From Actinomycetota bacterium (lineage in GTDB: Bacteria > Actinomycetota > JBBINU01), in NCBI GenBank assembly GCA_037443725.1, contig JBBINU010000011.1, positions 4,833-68,832 of the forward strand: a stretch of DNA of 64,000 bases, read 5' to 3'. Under the pieces are notes generated by a model, which saw only the letters and a program-made list of their open reading frames with translations, did no database searches and was not told the origin of the DNA. Of the stretch, positions 35,019-45,071 are shown in pieces. Position 1 is the first letter of the stretch. Each line of letters opens with the position of its first letter. Made by a program: the position numbers and the translations under genes.

Positions 35019-37320
35019 GGAGGGCAGCGGCGCCCTCCTTGTCTAGGGGCTCGTTCCCATTGCCACACTTGGGGGAGTAGACGCAGGAGGGGCAACCCTG
35101 CTTGCAGGGGCAGGACCTCACCCTCTCGTGGGTAGCCTGGAGGAGGGTCTCGGCGGAGGCGAAGGCTCGGGCCGAGATGCCGGCCCCTCCGGGGTAGCCA
35201 TCGTAGATGAAGACCGTGGGAAGGCCCGTGTTCTTGTGCAGAGGGGTTGAGAGCCCGCCCACGTCCCACCTATCGGCCATGACCACCACGGGGAAAAGCC
35301 CAATGGCCGTGTGCTCGGCGGCGTGGACGGTCCCCGGGACCCTCCAGGGGGTGAGACCGGCCGCCTCGATCAAGCGGGGTTCCAGGGTGAACCAGAGGGC
35401 CTCGGTCTCTAGGTGCTGCTCGGGGAGGCCGTAGAGGGGCTCCACCCCTAAGGGCTCCCCCGTGGTCGCCCTCTTCTCGTAGCCCACCACCCGGTTAGTT
35501 ACCTTGACGCGGCCGAGGTACAGTCTGGCCTTCCCCACCTTCCCCTCGCGCTCGACGGTGAGGACCTCGACGTCGGAGACGTCCCTGGCCACGGTGTAGT
35601 AGCCGAGGCCGGACTCCCGGACGCGGGCGATGCCGCGTTCAAGGTCGAGCTCCTCCACCACGAACTCCTCCCCTTGATGCAGGTAGACGGCCCCAGGGTG
35701 GACGGTCCAGAGGGCGCGGGCGGCGTCCACGGTTCCGAGGAGGGAACCGCTCTCCGCCTCCACGATTAGGACGGGCTGCCCGGCCACGCTCCTCAGGTTC
35801 ACGCGCCTGGCTGCGCCTCGGGGACCCGAGTAGAAGAGCCTACCCCTGAACTCGCGGAGGAGGCCCTCCTCTTTTAGAGCGCTGGCAAGGGCCGGCGCCT
35901 CGCGGCCGAGGAGGGGAAGCTCGCGCGGGTCGAGGGGGAGCTCCTCGGCCGCGCAGACAAGATGGTCACGGAGGAGGTGGGGGTTCTCGGGGTCCACCAC
36001 AGCCGCCTCCTGGGGGCGGGTGAGAAGGGTGGGGGCGTTCTCCACCACGTACTGGTCGAGGGGGTCGTCCTGGGCAACCATGACCACCAGGGCCTTGCCG
36101 CCCTTCCTTCCCGCCCGGCCCGCCTGCTGCCAGAGACTGGCCAGGGTGCCGGGGTAGCCGGCGAGGACCACGGCGTCCAGGTCACCGATGTCGATGCCGA
36201 GCTCGAGAGCGGTGGTTGCGGCGAGGCCGAGAAGGTGGCCGGAGGCGAAGGCTGCTTCGAGCTCGCGCCTCTCCTCGGGTAGATACCCGGCTCGGTAGGC
36301 CGCGACGGGAGGCTCTAGGTGGGCGAAGGTCTCGGCCAGTCTCTTCCTAGCGGCCATGGCGAGGAGCTCGGCCGAGCGCCGGGTGCGCGCGAAGGAGAGA
36401 GTCTTCACGCCCCTCTCCACGAGTTCGGCCATGAGCCCGGCCGCCTCCGTCGCGGCGTTCTTGCGCAGCCCCCGGGCCTCGTCTATAAGGGGCGGGTTCA
36501 AGAAGAGGAAAATCCTCTCGCCCTGGGGTGAGCCATCCTCGGTCACCTCCACCACCTCCTCGCGCAGCAGCCGGGAGGCGAGCTCGCCGGGGTTGCCGAT
36601 GGTGGCCGAGGCGAAGGCGAAGGTGGGCCGGGAGCCATAGTGAGAGCAGATGCGTTGCAATCGTCTGAGAACCAGGCCTACGTGGGAGCCGAAGACGCCG
36701 CGGGCGGCGTGGACCTCGTCGAGGACAACGTAGGCAAGACGGGCGAAGAAGCGGGCCCAGCGATCGTGGCCGGGCAGGATGCTCGTGTGGAGCATGTCCG
36801 GGTTGGAAAGGACGATGTTGGCGTTCCGGCGAATCCAGGGTCTCTCGGCAGAGGGGGTGTCCCCGTCGTAGGTGCCGGCTCGAGCGAAGGGGAGGGCTAG
36901 GGAGAAGAGAAACCTGGCTTGGTCGCGGGCGAGGGCCTTGGTGGGATAGAGGAAGAGGGCGGTTGAGCCTGGGTCGCGGGCGAGATGCGAGAGGACAGGG
37001 AGGTAGTAGGCGAGACTCTTTCCCGAGGCGGTGCCTGTGGCCACAACGGTGTGCTTCCCCTCCCAGAGGAGCCCGGCGGCCTCGGCCTGGTGCGACCAGA
37101 GGTCCTTTATGCCCTGCCGCGCCAGGGCGTTCCTGACGGGCTGCGGGACCCAGGGCGGGAAGGGCACCCGTCTGCCCGGCCGGGGCGGGAGACCGACCCG
37201 GTGGACAACTCTGGAGGAGAGCTCGGGGTCGGCCTGGAAGGCCTTTAGGACCGCGTCCAGGCCCTGGCCTCTGATGAGCGCCTGGGTCCTCCTGGCCCTG
37301 GCCCTTCCTGCTCGATCCAC
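34999..37320 (-). CDS. DEAD/DEAH helicase with DUF1998 (MrfA/SftH/Hrq1 type)
   Basis: TGTASGKS, DEVH, SATIGN, LELGIDIG, QQAGRAGR, C-terminal CPCKQGCPSCVYSPKC. Confidence 0.95.
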   Translation of the reverse strand: MDRAGRARARRTQALIRGQGLDAVLKAFQADPELSSRVVHRVGLPPRPGRRVPFPPWVPQPVRNALARQGIKDLWSHQAEAAGLLWEGKHTVVATGTASGKSLAYYLPVLSHLARDPGSTALFLYPTKALARDQARFLFSLALPFARAGTYDGDTPSAERPWIRRNANIVLSNPDMLHTSILPGHDRWARFFARLAYVVLDEVHAARGVFGSHVGLVLRRLQRICSHYGSRPTFAFASATIGNPGELASRLLREEVVEVTEDGSPQGERIFLFLNPPLIDEARGLRKNAATEAAGLMAELVERGVKTLSFARTRRSAELLAMAARKRLAETFAHLEPPVAAYRAGYLPEERRELEAAFASGHLLGLAATTALELGIDIGDLDAVVLAGYPGTLASLWQQAGRAGRKGGKALVVMVAQDDPLDQYVVENAPTLLTRPQEAAVVDPENPHLLRDHLVCAAEELPLDPRELPLLGREAPALASALKEEGLLREFRGRLFYSGPRGAARRVNLRSVAGQPVLIVEAESGSLLGTVDAARALWTVHPGAVYLHQGEEFVVEELDLERGIARVRESGLGYYTVARDVSDVEVLTVEREGKVGKARLYLGRVKVTNRVVGYEKRATTGEPLGVEPLYGLPEQHLETEALWFTLEPRLIEAAGLTPWRVPGTVHAAEHTAIGLFPVVVMADRWDVGGLSTPLHKNTGLPTVFIYDGYPGGAGISARAFASAETLLQATHERVRSCPCKQGCPSCVYSPKCGNGNEPLDKEGAAALLASLLQ

Positions 37321-37419
37321 CCCGGATAAGGTACACCCGGAGCTTCCCGGCGAGCCTGGAAGGCTACCCCGGCCCTGGGGCTGCCTGGGATCTGGCCCGC
37401 CCAGGGGCGGGCCACCGGC

Positions 37420-38568
37420 CTACCCCTCTGCCCGGTTCAGGGCGCGGGCGAAGAGGGGAGGCGCCAGGATGGTGGTGAGGGCCACCATGGAGATGACTGC
37501 GGAGTAAAGGGTTCCCTGGAAAACCCCGGCGCTCATGCCAGCTGAGGCCACCACCAGCCCCACCTCCCCTCGAGGGACCATCCCCCAGCCCACGGCCAGG
37601 GCTGCCTTCAGGCCCCCCGTGCTTGCCGCCGGGAGGGACCCGATCACCTTCCCTGCCACGGCCAGTGCGGTGAGGAGGAGGGCGAGCCCGAGGCCGGCCC
37701 AGGACGTTAGGGCCCCAGGGTCAGCCTCGGCGCCGACGGAAAAGAAGAAGAAGGGAGCGAGAAAACTCACCAGGGGTTCCACCTTCTCTTTGAGACCGAA
37801 GCCCTCCCCTGCCTCGGCGAGGATGAGCCCGGCAAAGAAGGCCCCAACTACGGGGGCGAGGCCGAGACTCTGGGTGAGGAGGGAGAGAGCGAGGCCGATG
37901 GCGGCCGCGACGACGAAGGGTCCTGCACCGTGCGGGGCCCCCTCCATGACCCGGGCGGGAAGGCGCCTCCCGGGCCGAAGCAGGAAGATCAGGGTGGCCC
38001 CGAGGAGGGCGAGGACGTCGAGGATAAGAAGACCAAGCTTGACGACGGACGTAGCTCCCGACACAGCTCCCGTGACGAGGGCGAGGAGGAGAAGGCCGAG
38101 GATGTCGTCGAGGATCGCGGCCCCCAGGACCACGCGGCCCACCCGCGAGGCCTCCGCCCTCCTTTGCTGCAGCACCCTGGCGGTCACCCCTACGCTTGTA
38201 GCCACGAGAGCCGCTCCTAGGAAGAGCCCCTCTCCAATCCCACCGAGAGCGGCCCCGAGGGCCAGACCGCCGAGGAAAGAGGCGATGACCCCTCCGAGAG
38301 CCACCAGAGCGGCCTCCTTCCCCGCGGCAACCAGAACCCGGGCGTCCTGGGCCAGGCCCGCTTCGAAAAGAAGGAAGACCACCCCCACCTCGGCGAGGGC
38401 CCGGGTCGGTTCGGAGGTCCTAACGAGGCCGAGGGCGTGGGGGCCGGCGATGACACCAGCGAGGAGCTCTCCCACCACGGCGGGGAGGCCAGCGCGGGTG
38501 GCGAGGAGGCCTCCCAGTCCGGCGAGAGCGAAGATTAGGGTGAGCTCGAGCAGGAGATTTCCCTCCAC
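37420..38568 (-). CDS. Cation:proton antiporter (CPA2 family)
   Basis: VVGELLAGVIAGP, FLLFEAGL, ATSVGVT, AAILDD, GMVPRGEV; start moved to GTG 38568. Confidence 0.92.
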   Translation of the reverse strand: MEGNLLLELTLIFALAGLGGLLATRAGLPAVVGELLAGVIAGPHALGLVRTSEPTRALAEVGVVFLLFEAGLAQDARVLVAAGKEAALVALGGVIASFLGGLALGAALGGIGEGLFLGAALVATSVGVTARVLQQRRAEASRVGRVVLGAAILDDILGLLLLALVTGAVSGATSVVKLGLLILDVLALLGATLIFLLRPGRRLPARVMEGAPHGAGPFVVAAAIGLALSLLTQSLGLAPVVGAFFAGLILAEAGEGFGLKEKVEPLVSFLAPFFFFSVGAEADPGALTSWAGLGLALLLTALAVAGKVIGSLPAASTGGLKAALAVGWGMVPRGEVGLVVASAGMSAGVFQGTLYSAVISMVALTTILAPPLFARALNRAEG

Positions 38569-38704
38569 CGGCGCGAGTAAAACCCACTCAGCCGGGAGCG
38601 GGCAAACGCCCCGCCGCGCCGATATAATCCGGCCGCCTGCGGGAGGGGGCTTTTTCAGGTGCGGGGAACCGCGGAGTAGGTTGCTGGAGTTCACGGGGGT
38701 GCAG

Positions 38705-40957
38705 ATGGAAGGCGGTGTGCTGCTGGCCGCAGAGCGTCTCCTGGCTCAGGAGGCTCAGGTCCTGAATATCTCGCTAGGGGGTTGGGAGAAGGCCATTCTC
38801 GTGATCATCCTTGGAGTATCCGTCCTGGCCTTGGCCTTTGCGGGGGTGCTGGTTAAGGAGGTCCTCTCCCAGCCTGAGGGGACGGAGAAGATGAAGGAGA
38901 TAGCCCGGGCCATTCAGGAAGGGAGCCGGGCCTACCTGAACAGGCAGTTCCGCACCCTGGTCTACTTTGTGATCATCCTCACGGCGCTGCTCGCCCTCAT
39001 ACTGCCGGTGCCTAGGCAGGCGACAGGGGCTCAGCAGTGGGCCATAAGGCTCGGTCGGTCTGGGGCCTTCCTTCTGGGGGCCGCCTTCTCAGCGCTCACG
39101 GGTTTCGTGGGCATGAGCCTCGCCGTTAGAGGCAACGTCCGGGTGGCCAACGCAGCCAGGGAAAGCCTGAGGAGGGCCCTGCGCATAGCCTTCCGGACGG
39201 GTGGCATTGCAGGCATGTTCACGGTCGGCCTCGGTCTCTTCGGTGCCACCCTCATCCTCCTGGCGTATGGGAGGTTTGCCACCAGCGTTCTTGTGGGCTT
39301 CGGGTTCGGAGGAGCGCTGCTGGCCATGTTCATGCGGGTGGGAGGGGGGATCTACACGAAGGCCGCGGACGTGGGGGCGGACCTGGTGGGGAAGGTGGAG
39401 AAGGGGATCCCCGAGGACGACCCGAGGAACGCCGCGGTCATCGCGGACAATGTCGGTGACAACGTAGGTGACTGCGCCGGGATGGCGGCTGACCTCTTCG
39501 AGAGCTATGAGGTCACCTTGGTGGCCGCCATGATCCTTGGTGCCGCTGCCTTCCCGGACCGACCCGTGGTGGGCGTCCTCTTTCCCCTCTTCGTGAGGGC
39601 CATTGGGGTGGTCACGTCCATGATCGGGATCTACTCGGTCACTCCTCGCTCCGAGACGGAGCACGGCATGAAGGCAATAAATAGGGGTTTCTTCATTTCC
39701 GCGTTCCTCTCAGCGGTCCTGGTCTGGTTCGTCTCCCGCTTCTACGCGAGGGACCTCAGGACCTTCTGGGCCGTGGTGTTCGGCCTGGTTCTCGCCGCCG
39801 CCATCCAGCTCCTCACTGAGCACTTCACGTCCACCAGGCGAGCCCCGGTCAGGGAGATCGCTCACGCCAGCCTGACAGGTCCAGCCACCACCATCCTCTC
39901 CGGGTTCTCCGTCGGCCTTGAGTCCACCGTCTGGGCCATTCTCGCCATCGCGGCTGCCATCTTCTTCTCCTTCGTCCTCGGTGCGGGTGATGTGAACTTC
40001 TCCCTCTACTCCATATCCCTCGCCGGTATGGGGATGCTCACCACCGTTGGGGTGGTGGTCTCCATGGACACCTACGGGCCCGTGGCTGACAACGCTCACG
40101 GCATAGCCGAGATGTCGGGGGGTCTCGGAGGTAGGGCCGACGAGATCATGGCCAGCCTCGATGCCATCGGGAACACCACAAAGGCCATCACTAAGGGGAT
40201 GGCCATCGCCACTGCGGTCCTTGCGGCCACGTCCCTGTTCGGGTCCTACCGGGAGGCGGTGGGAGGTGCCCTCCAGGCGATCAGGGTTGACCAGCCCGTG
40301 GTGCTGGTCGGCCTTCTCATCGGGGGATCCGTTGCCTTCCTCTTCTCCTCCCTGGCCATACGGGCGGTGGGCAGGGCCGCGGCCCAGGTGGTTGTGGAGG
40401 TGAGGAAGCAGTTCCGGGAGCATCCCGGGATCATGGAGTGGAAGGAGAAGCCTGACTACGCCCGCGTGGTGGACATCTGCACCCGGACCTCCCTTAGAGA
40501 GCTTCTCACTCCGGGGCTCCTCGCGGTGCTCACACCCATCGCCGTGGGCTTTGCTTTCGGGGCGGAGGCTCTCGGTGCATATCTGGCCGGCGCCATCCTC
40601 ACGGGCCAGCTTCTCGCCGTGATGCTCGCCACCTCCGGAGGTGCGTGGGACAACGCGAAGAAGCTCATCGAAGAGGGCCTTTACGGCGGGAAAGGTTCCG
40701 AGCCCCACAAGGCCTCCGTCATCGGGGACACCGTGGGGGACCCCTTTAAGGACACCGCCGGCCCAGCCCTGAACCCGCTCATCAAGGTGATGAACCTCAT
40801 TTCCCTGCTCTTCGCTCCTCTCTTTGTGAGGTACGCGGGAAGCCCCGGGGTCAGGGCCTTTGCCGTGGTGTTGGCGGTGGCTCTCCTGGCTGGCGCCATC
40901 TACTCTTCGAAGAAGAGGAGGGCGGAGGAGCTGGTGGAGGCGCCTGTTTCCGGGTAG
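38705..40957 (+). CDS. hppA: Membrane-bound H+-translocating pyrophosphatase, K+-independent type
   Basis: [35 protein letters not shown] (Lys determinant), [11 protein letters not shown]; start ATG 38705. Confidence 0.95.
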   Translation: MEGGVLLAAERLLAQEAQVLNISLGGWEKAILVIILGVSVLALAFAGVLVKEVLSQPEGTEKMKEIARAIQEGSRAYLNRQFRTLVYFVIILTALLALILPVPRQATGAQQWAIRLGRSGAFLLGAAFSALTGFVGMSLAVRGNVRVANAARESLRRALRIAFRTGGIAGMFTVGLGLFGATLILLAYGRFATSVLVGFGFGGALLAMFMRVGGGIYTKAADVGADLVGKVEKGIPEDDPRNAAVIADNVGDNVGDCAGMAADLFESYEVTLVAAMILGAAAFPDRPVVGVLFPLFVRAIGVVTSMIGIYSVTPRSETEHGMKAINRGFFISAFLSAVLVWFVSRFYARDLRTFWAVVFGLVLAAAIQLLTEHFTSTRRAPVREIAHASLTGPATTILSGFSVGLESTVWAILAIAAAIFFSFVLGAGDVNFSLYSISLAGMGMLTTVGVVVSMDTYGPVADNAHGIAEMSGGLGGRADEIMASLDAIGNTTKAITKGMAIATAVLAATSLFGSYREAVGGALQAIRVDQPVVLVGLLIGGSVAFLFSSLAIRAVGRAAAQVVVEVRKQFREHPGIMEWKEKPDYARVVDICTRTSLRELLTPGLLAVLTPIAVGFAFGAEALGAYLAGAILTGQLLAVMLATSGGAWDNAKKLIEEGLYGGKGSEPHKASVIGDTVGDPFKDTAGPALNPLIKVMNLISLLFAPLFVRYAGSPGVRAFAVVLAVALLAGAIYSSKKRRAEELVEAPVSG

Positions 40958-40998
40958 GCCGGGTGTCCCGCTCGGCTGGGCAGGCGGAGGAGGGGAAA

Positions 40999-41415
40999 GT
41001 GGAAGTGGTGGTGGTGGGGGCGGGCAAGGTGGGTACCCATTTGGCCGTCGAGCTCGAGAGGCTCGGCCACCAGGTGACTGTGGTGGGGCGGACCGCGGAG
41101 GCCTTCCGGCGTCTGCCCGAGGGATTTCGGGGCCGCCGGGTGGTGGGGTTCCCGGCGGACAGGGCGGTCCTTGAGGAGGCGGGTGTGGAGAAGGCCGATG
41201 CCGTGGCCGCCGTGACCGAGGACGACAATCTCAACGTCATGGTGGCGAGGCTGGCTCTTGCCATGGGGGTTCCCCGGGCCCTGGCCAGGGTTTACGATCC
41301 TGAGGTTGCGGCCTTCTACGGTGAGGAGGGCCTTCTCCCCCTCTGCCCGACCCTGCTCGTGGTGGGCGAGGCGCTCAGGGTGCTCCAGGCCGGCGACGGA
41401 AAAACTGGGGGTTAA
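40999..41415 (+). CDS. TrkA-N (RCK_N)-only protein
   Basis: VVVGAGKVG, ADAVAAVTEDDNLN, RALARVYDP; ends without an RCK_C domain. Confidence 0.85.
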   Translation: MEVVVVGAGKVGTHLAVELERLGHQVTVVGRTAEAFRRLPEGFRGRRVVGFPADRAVLEEAGVEKADAVAAVTEDDNLNVMVARLALAMGVPRALARVYDPEVAAFYGEEGLLPLCPTLLVVGEALRVLQAGDGKTGG

Positions 41416-41416
41416 G

Positions 41417-42073
41417 GTGTTCGCTGTCGTGGTGGGAGGGGGAAAGGTCGGGAGGGCCCTCACGAGGACCCTGCTTAGCCAGGGGCACGAGGTGGTGGTC
41501 ATCGACAAGGACCCTGTGGTCTACTCGCACCTCCTGGAGGAGTTCCCTGAGTCCGCCTTTTTTGGCGATGCCACGGAGGCAAGGACTCTGAGGCAGGCGG
41601 GGGTGGAGAGAGCGGATGCGCTGGCTGCAGTGACCGGCCAGGACCAGGCAAACCTGGTCGCGGCGGAGCTGGCTCTCAAGAAGTTCAAGGTATCTCATGT
41701 GGTGGCCAGGGTGAACGACCCGAGGAACGCCGGTATCTTTCGGGCTGCTGGAATAGCCCACGCTGTTGACGTAACGGCGATGATCATGGCCACCGTCACC
41801 CAGGAGCTCGAGATGGATGAGATCCTCCGGCTGGTGGATCTGAGACGTGGGAATCTCGAGCTCGTAGAGGTGAACCTCCCGGAAGGGGCGACGGCGGCTG
41901 GGAGGGCGATAAGGGAGGTGGAGCTCCCGCCGGGCTCGGCCGTGGTAGCGGTCTGCACCCCGGAGGCTGTCATCCCGGCCCCTCCCGACCATGTCCTCGC
42001 TCCGGGCGAGGGGGTTCTCGCGGTGGTACCCCCGGGGAGGGAGGAGGATCTCCGAAAGGCACTGCTCGGATAA
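41417..42073 (+). CDS. trkA: TrkA/KtrA family protein (RCK_N + RCK_C)
   Basis: VVGGGKVG, FGDAT, VTGQDQANL, VARVNDPRN, C-terminal AGRAIREVELP domain. Confidence 0.88.
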   Translation: MFAVVVGGGKVGRALTRTLLSQGHEVVVIDKDPVVYSHLLEEFPESAFFGDATEARTLRQAGVERADALAAVTGQDQANLVAAELALKKFKVSHVVARVNDPRNAGIFRAAGIAHAVDVTAMIMATVTQELEMDEILRLVDLRRGNLELVEVNLPEGATAAGRAIREVELPPGSAVVAVCTPEAVIPAPPDHVLAPGEGVLAVVPPGREEDLRKALLG

Positions 42074-42139
42074 GGGTTTCTCGCAGGGACTTCTTCTCCC
42101 TCACCCTCGAGGGCGATGACGCCTTTCCCCTCGGCCTGG

Positions 42140-42169
42140 TTGACCGGGGCCAGCCGCCCGTGCTAGCCT
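42140..42169 (+). promoter_or_regulatory. Sigma-A-type promoter with extended -10
   Basis: TTGACC-18 bp-TAGCCT with TG at the extended position. Confidence 0.55.
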
Positions 42170-42214
42170 GCCGCGGAATTTGCGGCCGTTCCCAGTGGGC
42201 CGCGAGTTGTTTGA

Positions 42215-43246
42215 GTGCGGCAAGTGCATGGCGTAAGGCGGGGAACGGGGGAGAGGCGGGCCCGAAAGGGCCAGGGCAGGAAGGTAGCCCTCGGGGTCCT
42301 GGTAGCTCTTGCTCTGCTTCTCCCCGCAAGCGCTGGGGCCAGGACGAGCCGGGACGACGTTTCCAGGCTCCAGGCTGAGCTGAACAGGGCGGCGGCCGAG
42401 TACAACGCTGCTCTCTCCCGCTACGAGGGGCTGCAGAGGAGGACGGAGCTCGCCCGCGCCCGCGCTGCCGAGTCCCGCGCCCGCTACGAAGCGGTGGCCA
42501 GGAACATCCGGCTAAGGGCGCGCCGGGCCTACGAGGCGGGGGCCTCCGACTTCCTCGAGGCCCTACTCCTCGCTCCGGACCTCACCGCTGTCCTGAACAG
42601 ACTTGCCTGGTTGAACCGGATCGCCCAAGGGGATGCCGCCAGCCTCGCGGAGCTGAGGAAGGCGGCCTCGGAGTGGGGCGCCGCCCAGAAGGATCTGGAG
42701 GCCTCCCTGGGGCGCGAGAGGGCGGCCCTTGAGAGGGCTGAGGCCCTGAGGAAGAAGCTCGAGGAGAAGCTGGAAAAGGCGAGGATCGCTCTGGCTGCCG
42801 AGGCCTCCAGGCCGAGGACGGTGAGGCCGGCCAGGGTGAGGATCACCGGTAACATGGCATGCCCCGTGGCTGGCCCCCACGCCTTCTCCAACGACTGGGG
42901 CGCTCCGAGGAGCGGCCATCGCCACCAGGGGACGGACATCTTCGCTCCTTACGGCACGCCTGCTGTGGCCATCACCTCCGGCTACATCAAGTACCTGAAG
43001 AGCGGAGGCTCGGGGGGCATTATGCTCTGGCTCTGGGGCGACGACGGAAACGAGTACTTCTACGCTCACCTCTCGGGGTACGCACCGGGGACGTCGGTGG
43101 GCCGAAGGGTTGGCACGGGCGAGGTGGTCGCCTACGTTGGGAATTCGGGGAATGCCCGGGGCTCCAGCCCCCACCTGCACTTCGAGATACACCCCGGCGG
43201 GGGGGCTCCGGTGAACCCCTACCCCGTTCTGGTCCAGATCTGCTGA
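42215..43246 (+). CDS. Coiled-coil M23 family peptidoglycan endopeptidase
   Basis: Signal peptide, long coiled coil, HQGTD (HxxxD), YAHL, HLHFE (HxH). Confidence 0.92.
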   Translation: MRQVHGVRRGTGERRARKGQGRKVALGVLVALALLLPASAGARTSRDDVSRLQAELNRAAAEYNAALSRYEGLQRRTELARARAAESRARYEAVARNIRLRARRAYEAGASDFLEALLLAPDLTAVLNRLAWLNRIAQGDAASLAELRKAASEWGAAQKDLEASLGRERAALERAEALRKKLEEKLEKARIALAAEASRPRTVRPARVRITGNMACPVAGPHAFSNDWGAPRSGHRHQGTDIFAPYGTPAVAITSGYIKYLKSGGSGGIMLWLWGDDGNEYFYAHLSGYAPGTSVGRRVGTGEVVAYVGNSGNARGSSPHLHFEIHPGGGAPVNPYPVLVQIC

Positions 43247-43338
43247 GTCGCCAGCCCCGCCCGTCCGCGAGATCCCGCCGCCGCGACCTTAGGGTGTTGC
43301 CCGGCTGCCCGCAGCGGGAGGGGTGGAATAATAGCCTC

Positions 43339-43923
43339 ATGAATCGCGGGTCTAGTGACGAAACAGAAAGCGTGACCCTGGCTCGCCGCGCGGTGGACCG
43401 CATTCTCTCCCCCTCCTACCTGGAGGGGGTTTCCCAGCTCGGTAGGGAGGAGATTTCCACGAAAAGGAGGGAGTGCCTCAGGGAGGAGGAGCGCCTCTCG
43501 TACGTCCGCAGGATCCTTCAGGCCCGTCTGGACCTCGTGAGGTTCGTCCTGTCCAGGAGGGAGCGCGGGGACCCCCTGAGCCTCTCCGAGCTTGTCCGAG
43601 CGCTGCCCGGAGTTCTGAGTCCTTCCGTTGGTGAGCCGAGGGGAGGGGCTGTTGCGGTCAGGGTGCCTTCGGGTCCCGCGCGGCGGCGCGAGGAGAGGGA
43701 CGCCTGGGGCGAGGTGCTGCTCCGGCTCCCGGAGATGGGCCGGGACGAGCTGGAGCTGCTCGCCAGGGAACTCGAGGAGGAGGAGAGAAGGGTCTCGGAG
43801 ATGAGGAGAGGGGTCCAGAGAGTCCTGGACGCCCTCACGGCTCTGCTCGCGGAGAGGTGGCGGGAGGAGCTTCGGGTTGGGGGGGAGCGGGTTGGGGATG
43901 AGGAAGATTCTGGTGGTGGATGA
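43339..43923 (+). CDS. rsiG: RsiG (AmfC)-family anti-sigma factor with two c-di-GMP-binding motifs
   Basis: AVDRILSPSYLEG N-terminus; E-X3-S-X2-R-X3-Q-X3-D twice: EERLSYVRRILQARLD (43486-43533) and ERRVSEMRRGVQRVLD (43783-43830). Confidence 0.88.
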   Translation: MNRGSSDETESVTLARRAVDRILSPSYLEGVSQLGREEISTKRRECLREEERLSYVRRILQARLDLVRFVLSRRERGDPLSLSELVRALPGVLSPSVGEPRGGAVAVRVPSGPARRREERDAWGEVLLRLPEMGRDELELLARELEEEERRVSEMRRGVQRVLDALTALLAERWREELRVGGERVGDEEDSGGG

Positions 43924-44293
43924 CGACCCCGTCTTCCGCGAGCTCCTCGCCGTGGTCCTTGGCGAGGAGTCGGTCAGGGTGGAGCAGGCAAGAGATGGGC
44001 TCGAGGCGCTGGACGCGGCGGAGCGACTCCGGCCGGAGGCGGTGGTTCTAGATTTGATGATGCCGGGGCTTGATGGTTGGGGTTTCCTTGCCGGTCTCCG
44101 CTCCCGGCCTGATCTTGCAGGTACGGAAGTGGTGGTGGTTACGGGGAGCGACGATCCGGCTGATAGGGAGAAGGCCGCGGCCTTGGGCTGCTCTGCGTAC
44201 CTGGTGAAGCCCTTCAGCCCCACTCGGCTCATCGAGGCGGTCACCTCGGCTCTAAAGGCAGGGGGTTTGGAGGGGACGCAGGATGAGGGCTGA
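43898..44293 (+). CDS. Single-domain response regulator
   Basis: ILVVDDD, phosphoacceptor in VVLDLMMPGLDG, VVVTG, YLVKPF; overlaps the rsiG end. Confidence 0.93.
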   Translation: MRKILVVDDDPVFRELLAVVLGEESVRVEQARDGLEALDAAERLRPEAVVLDLMMPGLDGWGFLAGLRSRPDLAGTEVVVVTGSDDPADREKAAALGCSAYLVKPFSPTRLIEAVTSALKAGGLEGTQDEG

Positions 44294-45056
44294 CTGGCTA
44301 AAGGCGGCGAGGGGTGAGGCTCCGAGCAGCGAGAACTCGGGTGTTGGTCCCGAGGGGCGGGCTCGCTCGCAGGCCGTCGAGCCTCAGGTGCTGGGTCAGC
44401 TCCTTGTCTTTGCGGCCGAGCTCAAGGAGCTCTACCGCAACCTCAAAAGGAGGACGAAAGAGCTGGAGGATGCCCTCTTCAGGCTGGAGCAGGCCTACCG
44501 GAGCACCGTGGAGACCATGGCCTTTGTCGTGGAGTTCAGGGACTGGGGAACGCGGCAGCATGTGGAGAGGGCTGCCCGGTATGCCATGGCCGTGGCCCGG
44601 AAGCTCGCCCCCGAGCTCGCTCAGGACCCGGCCCTCTATTACGGTTTTCTCCTACATGACGTGGGGAAGGTGGGCGTTCCCGACTCCCTCCTCGGCAAGA
44701 CGGGACCGCTCGACGAGATGGAGAGGGCGGTCATGAGGACCCACACCATCATCGGGGCGATGATCATCTCGGGAATCCCTGGGCTTGAGAGGATCGCCCC
44801 CATCATCCGCCATCACCACGAGCGTTGGGATGGGCACGGGTACCCGGACGGGCTCAAGGGTGAGGAGATCCCTCTCGGGGCGAGGATCTTCGCCGTGGCA
44901 GATGCCTTCGATGCCATGACGACCGACAGACCGTATCGGAAGGCCCTCGACGTGCAGGAAGCCCTGGACGAGCTGAGGCGGGGGGCGGGCACCCACTTCG
45001 ATCCGACCGTGGTGGAAACCTTTATCTCCCTGGTGGAAGAGGTTGGGGAGGAGTGA
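44283..45056 (+). CDS. HD-GYP c-di-GMP phosphodiesterase
   Basis: RD..T..H, LHDVGK, H..IG, HHERWDGHGYP, ADAFDAMTTDRPYRK; short N-terminal coiled coil only. Confidence 0.93.
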   Translation: MRADWLKAARGEAPSSENSGVGPEGRARSQAVEPQVLGQLLVFAAELKELYRNLKRRTKELEDALFRLEQAYRSTVETMAFVVEFRDWGTRQHVERAARYAMAVARKLAPELAQDPALYYGFLLHDVGKVGVPDSLLGKTGPLDEMERAVMRTHTIIGAMIISGIPGLERIAPIIRHHHERWDGHGYPDGLKGEEIPLGARIFAVADAFDAMTTDRPYRKALDVQEALDELRRGAGTHFDPTVVETFISLVEEVGEE

Positions 45057-45071
45057 GGCCGGGCTGGAAGG

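Noticed and set aside
37535-38704. N-terminal 390 aa of the 1140-aa ORF (apparent giant PPase fusion)
   Set aside because: It is the antisense shadow of the CPA2 antiporter; PPase-like sequence starts near ATG 38705.
42074-42300. c-di-AMP (ydaO) riboswitch before the M23 gene
   Set aside because: Expected by context, but its conserved GCTGAATCC, GGGGTGAA and GTCAGCTAAC elements are absent.
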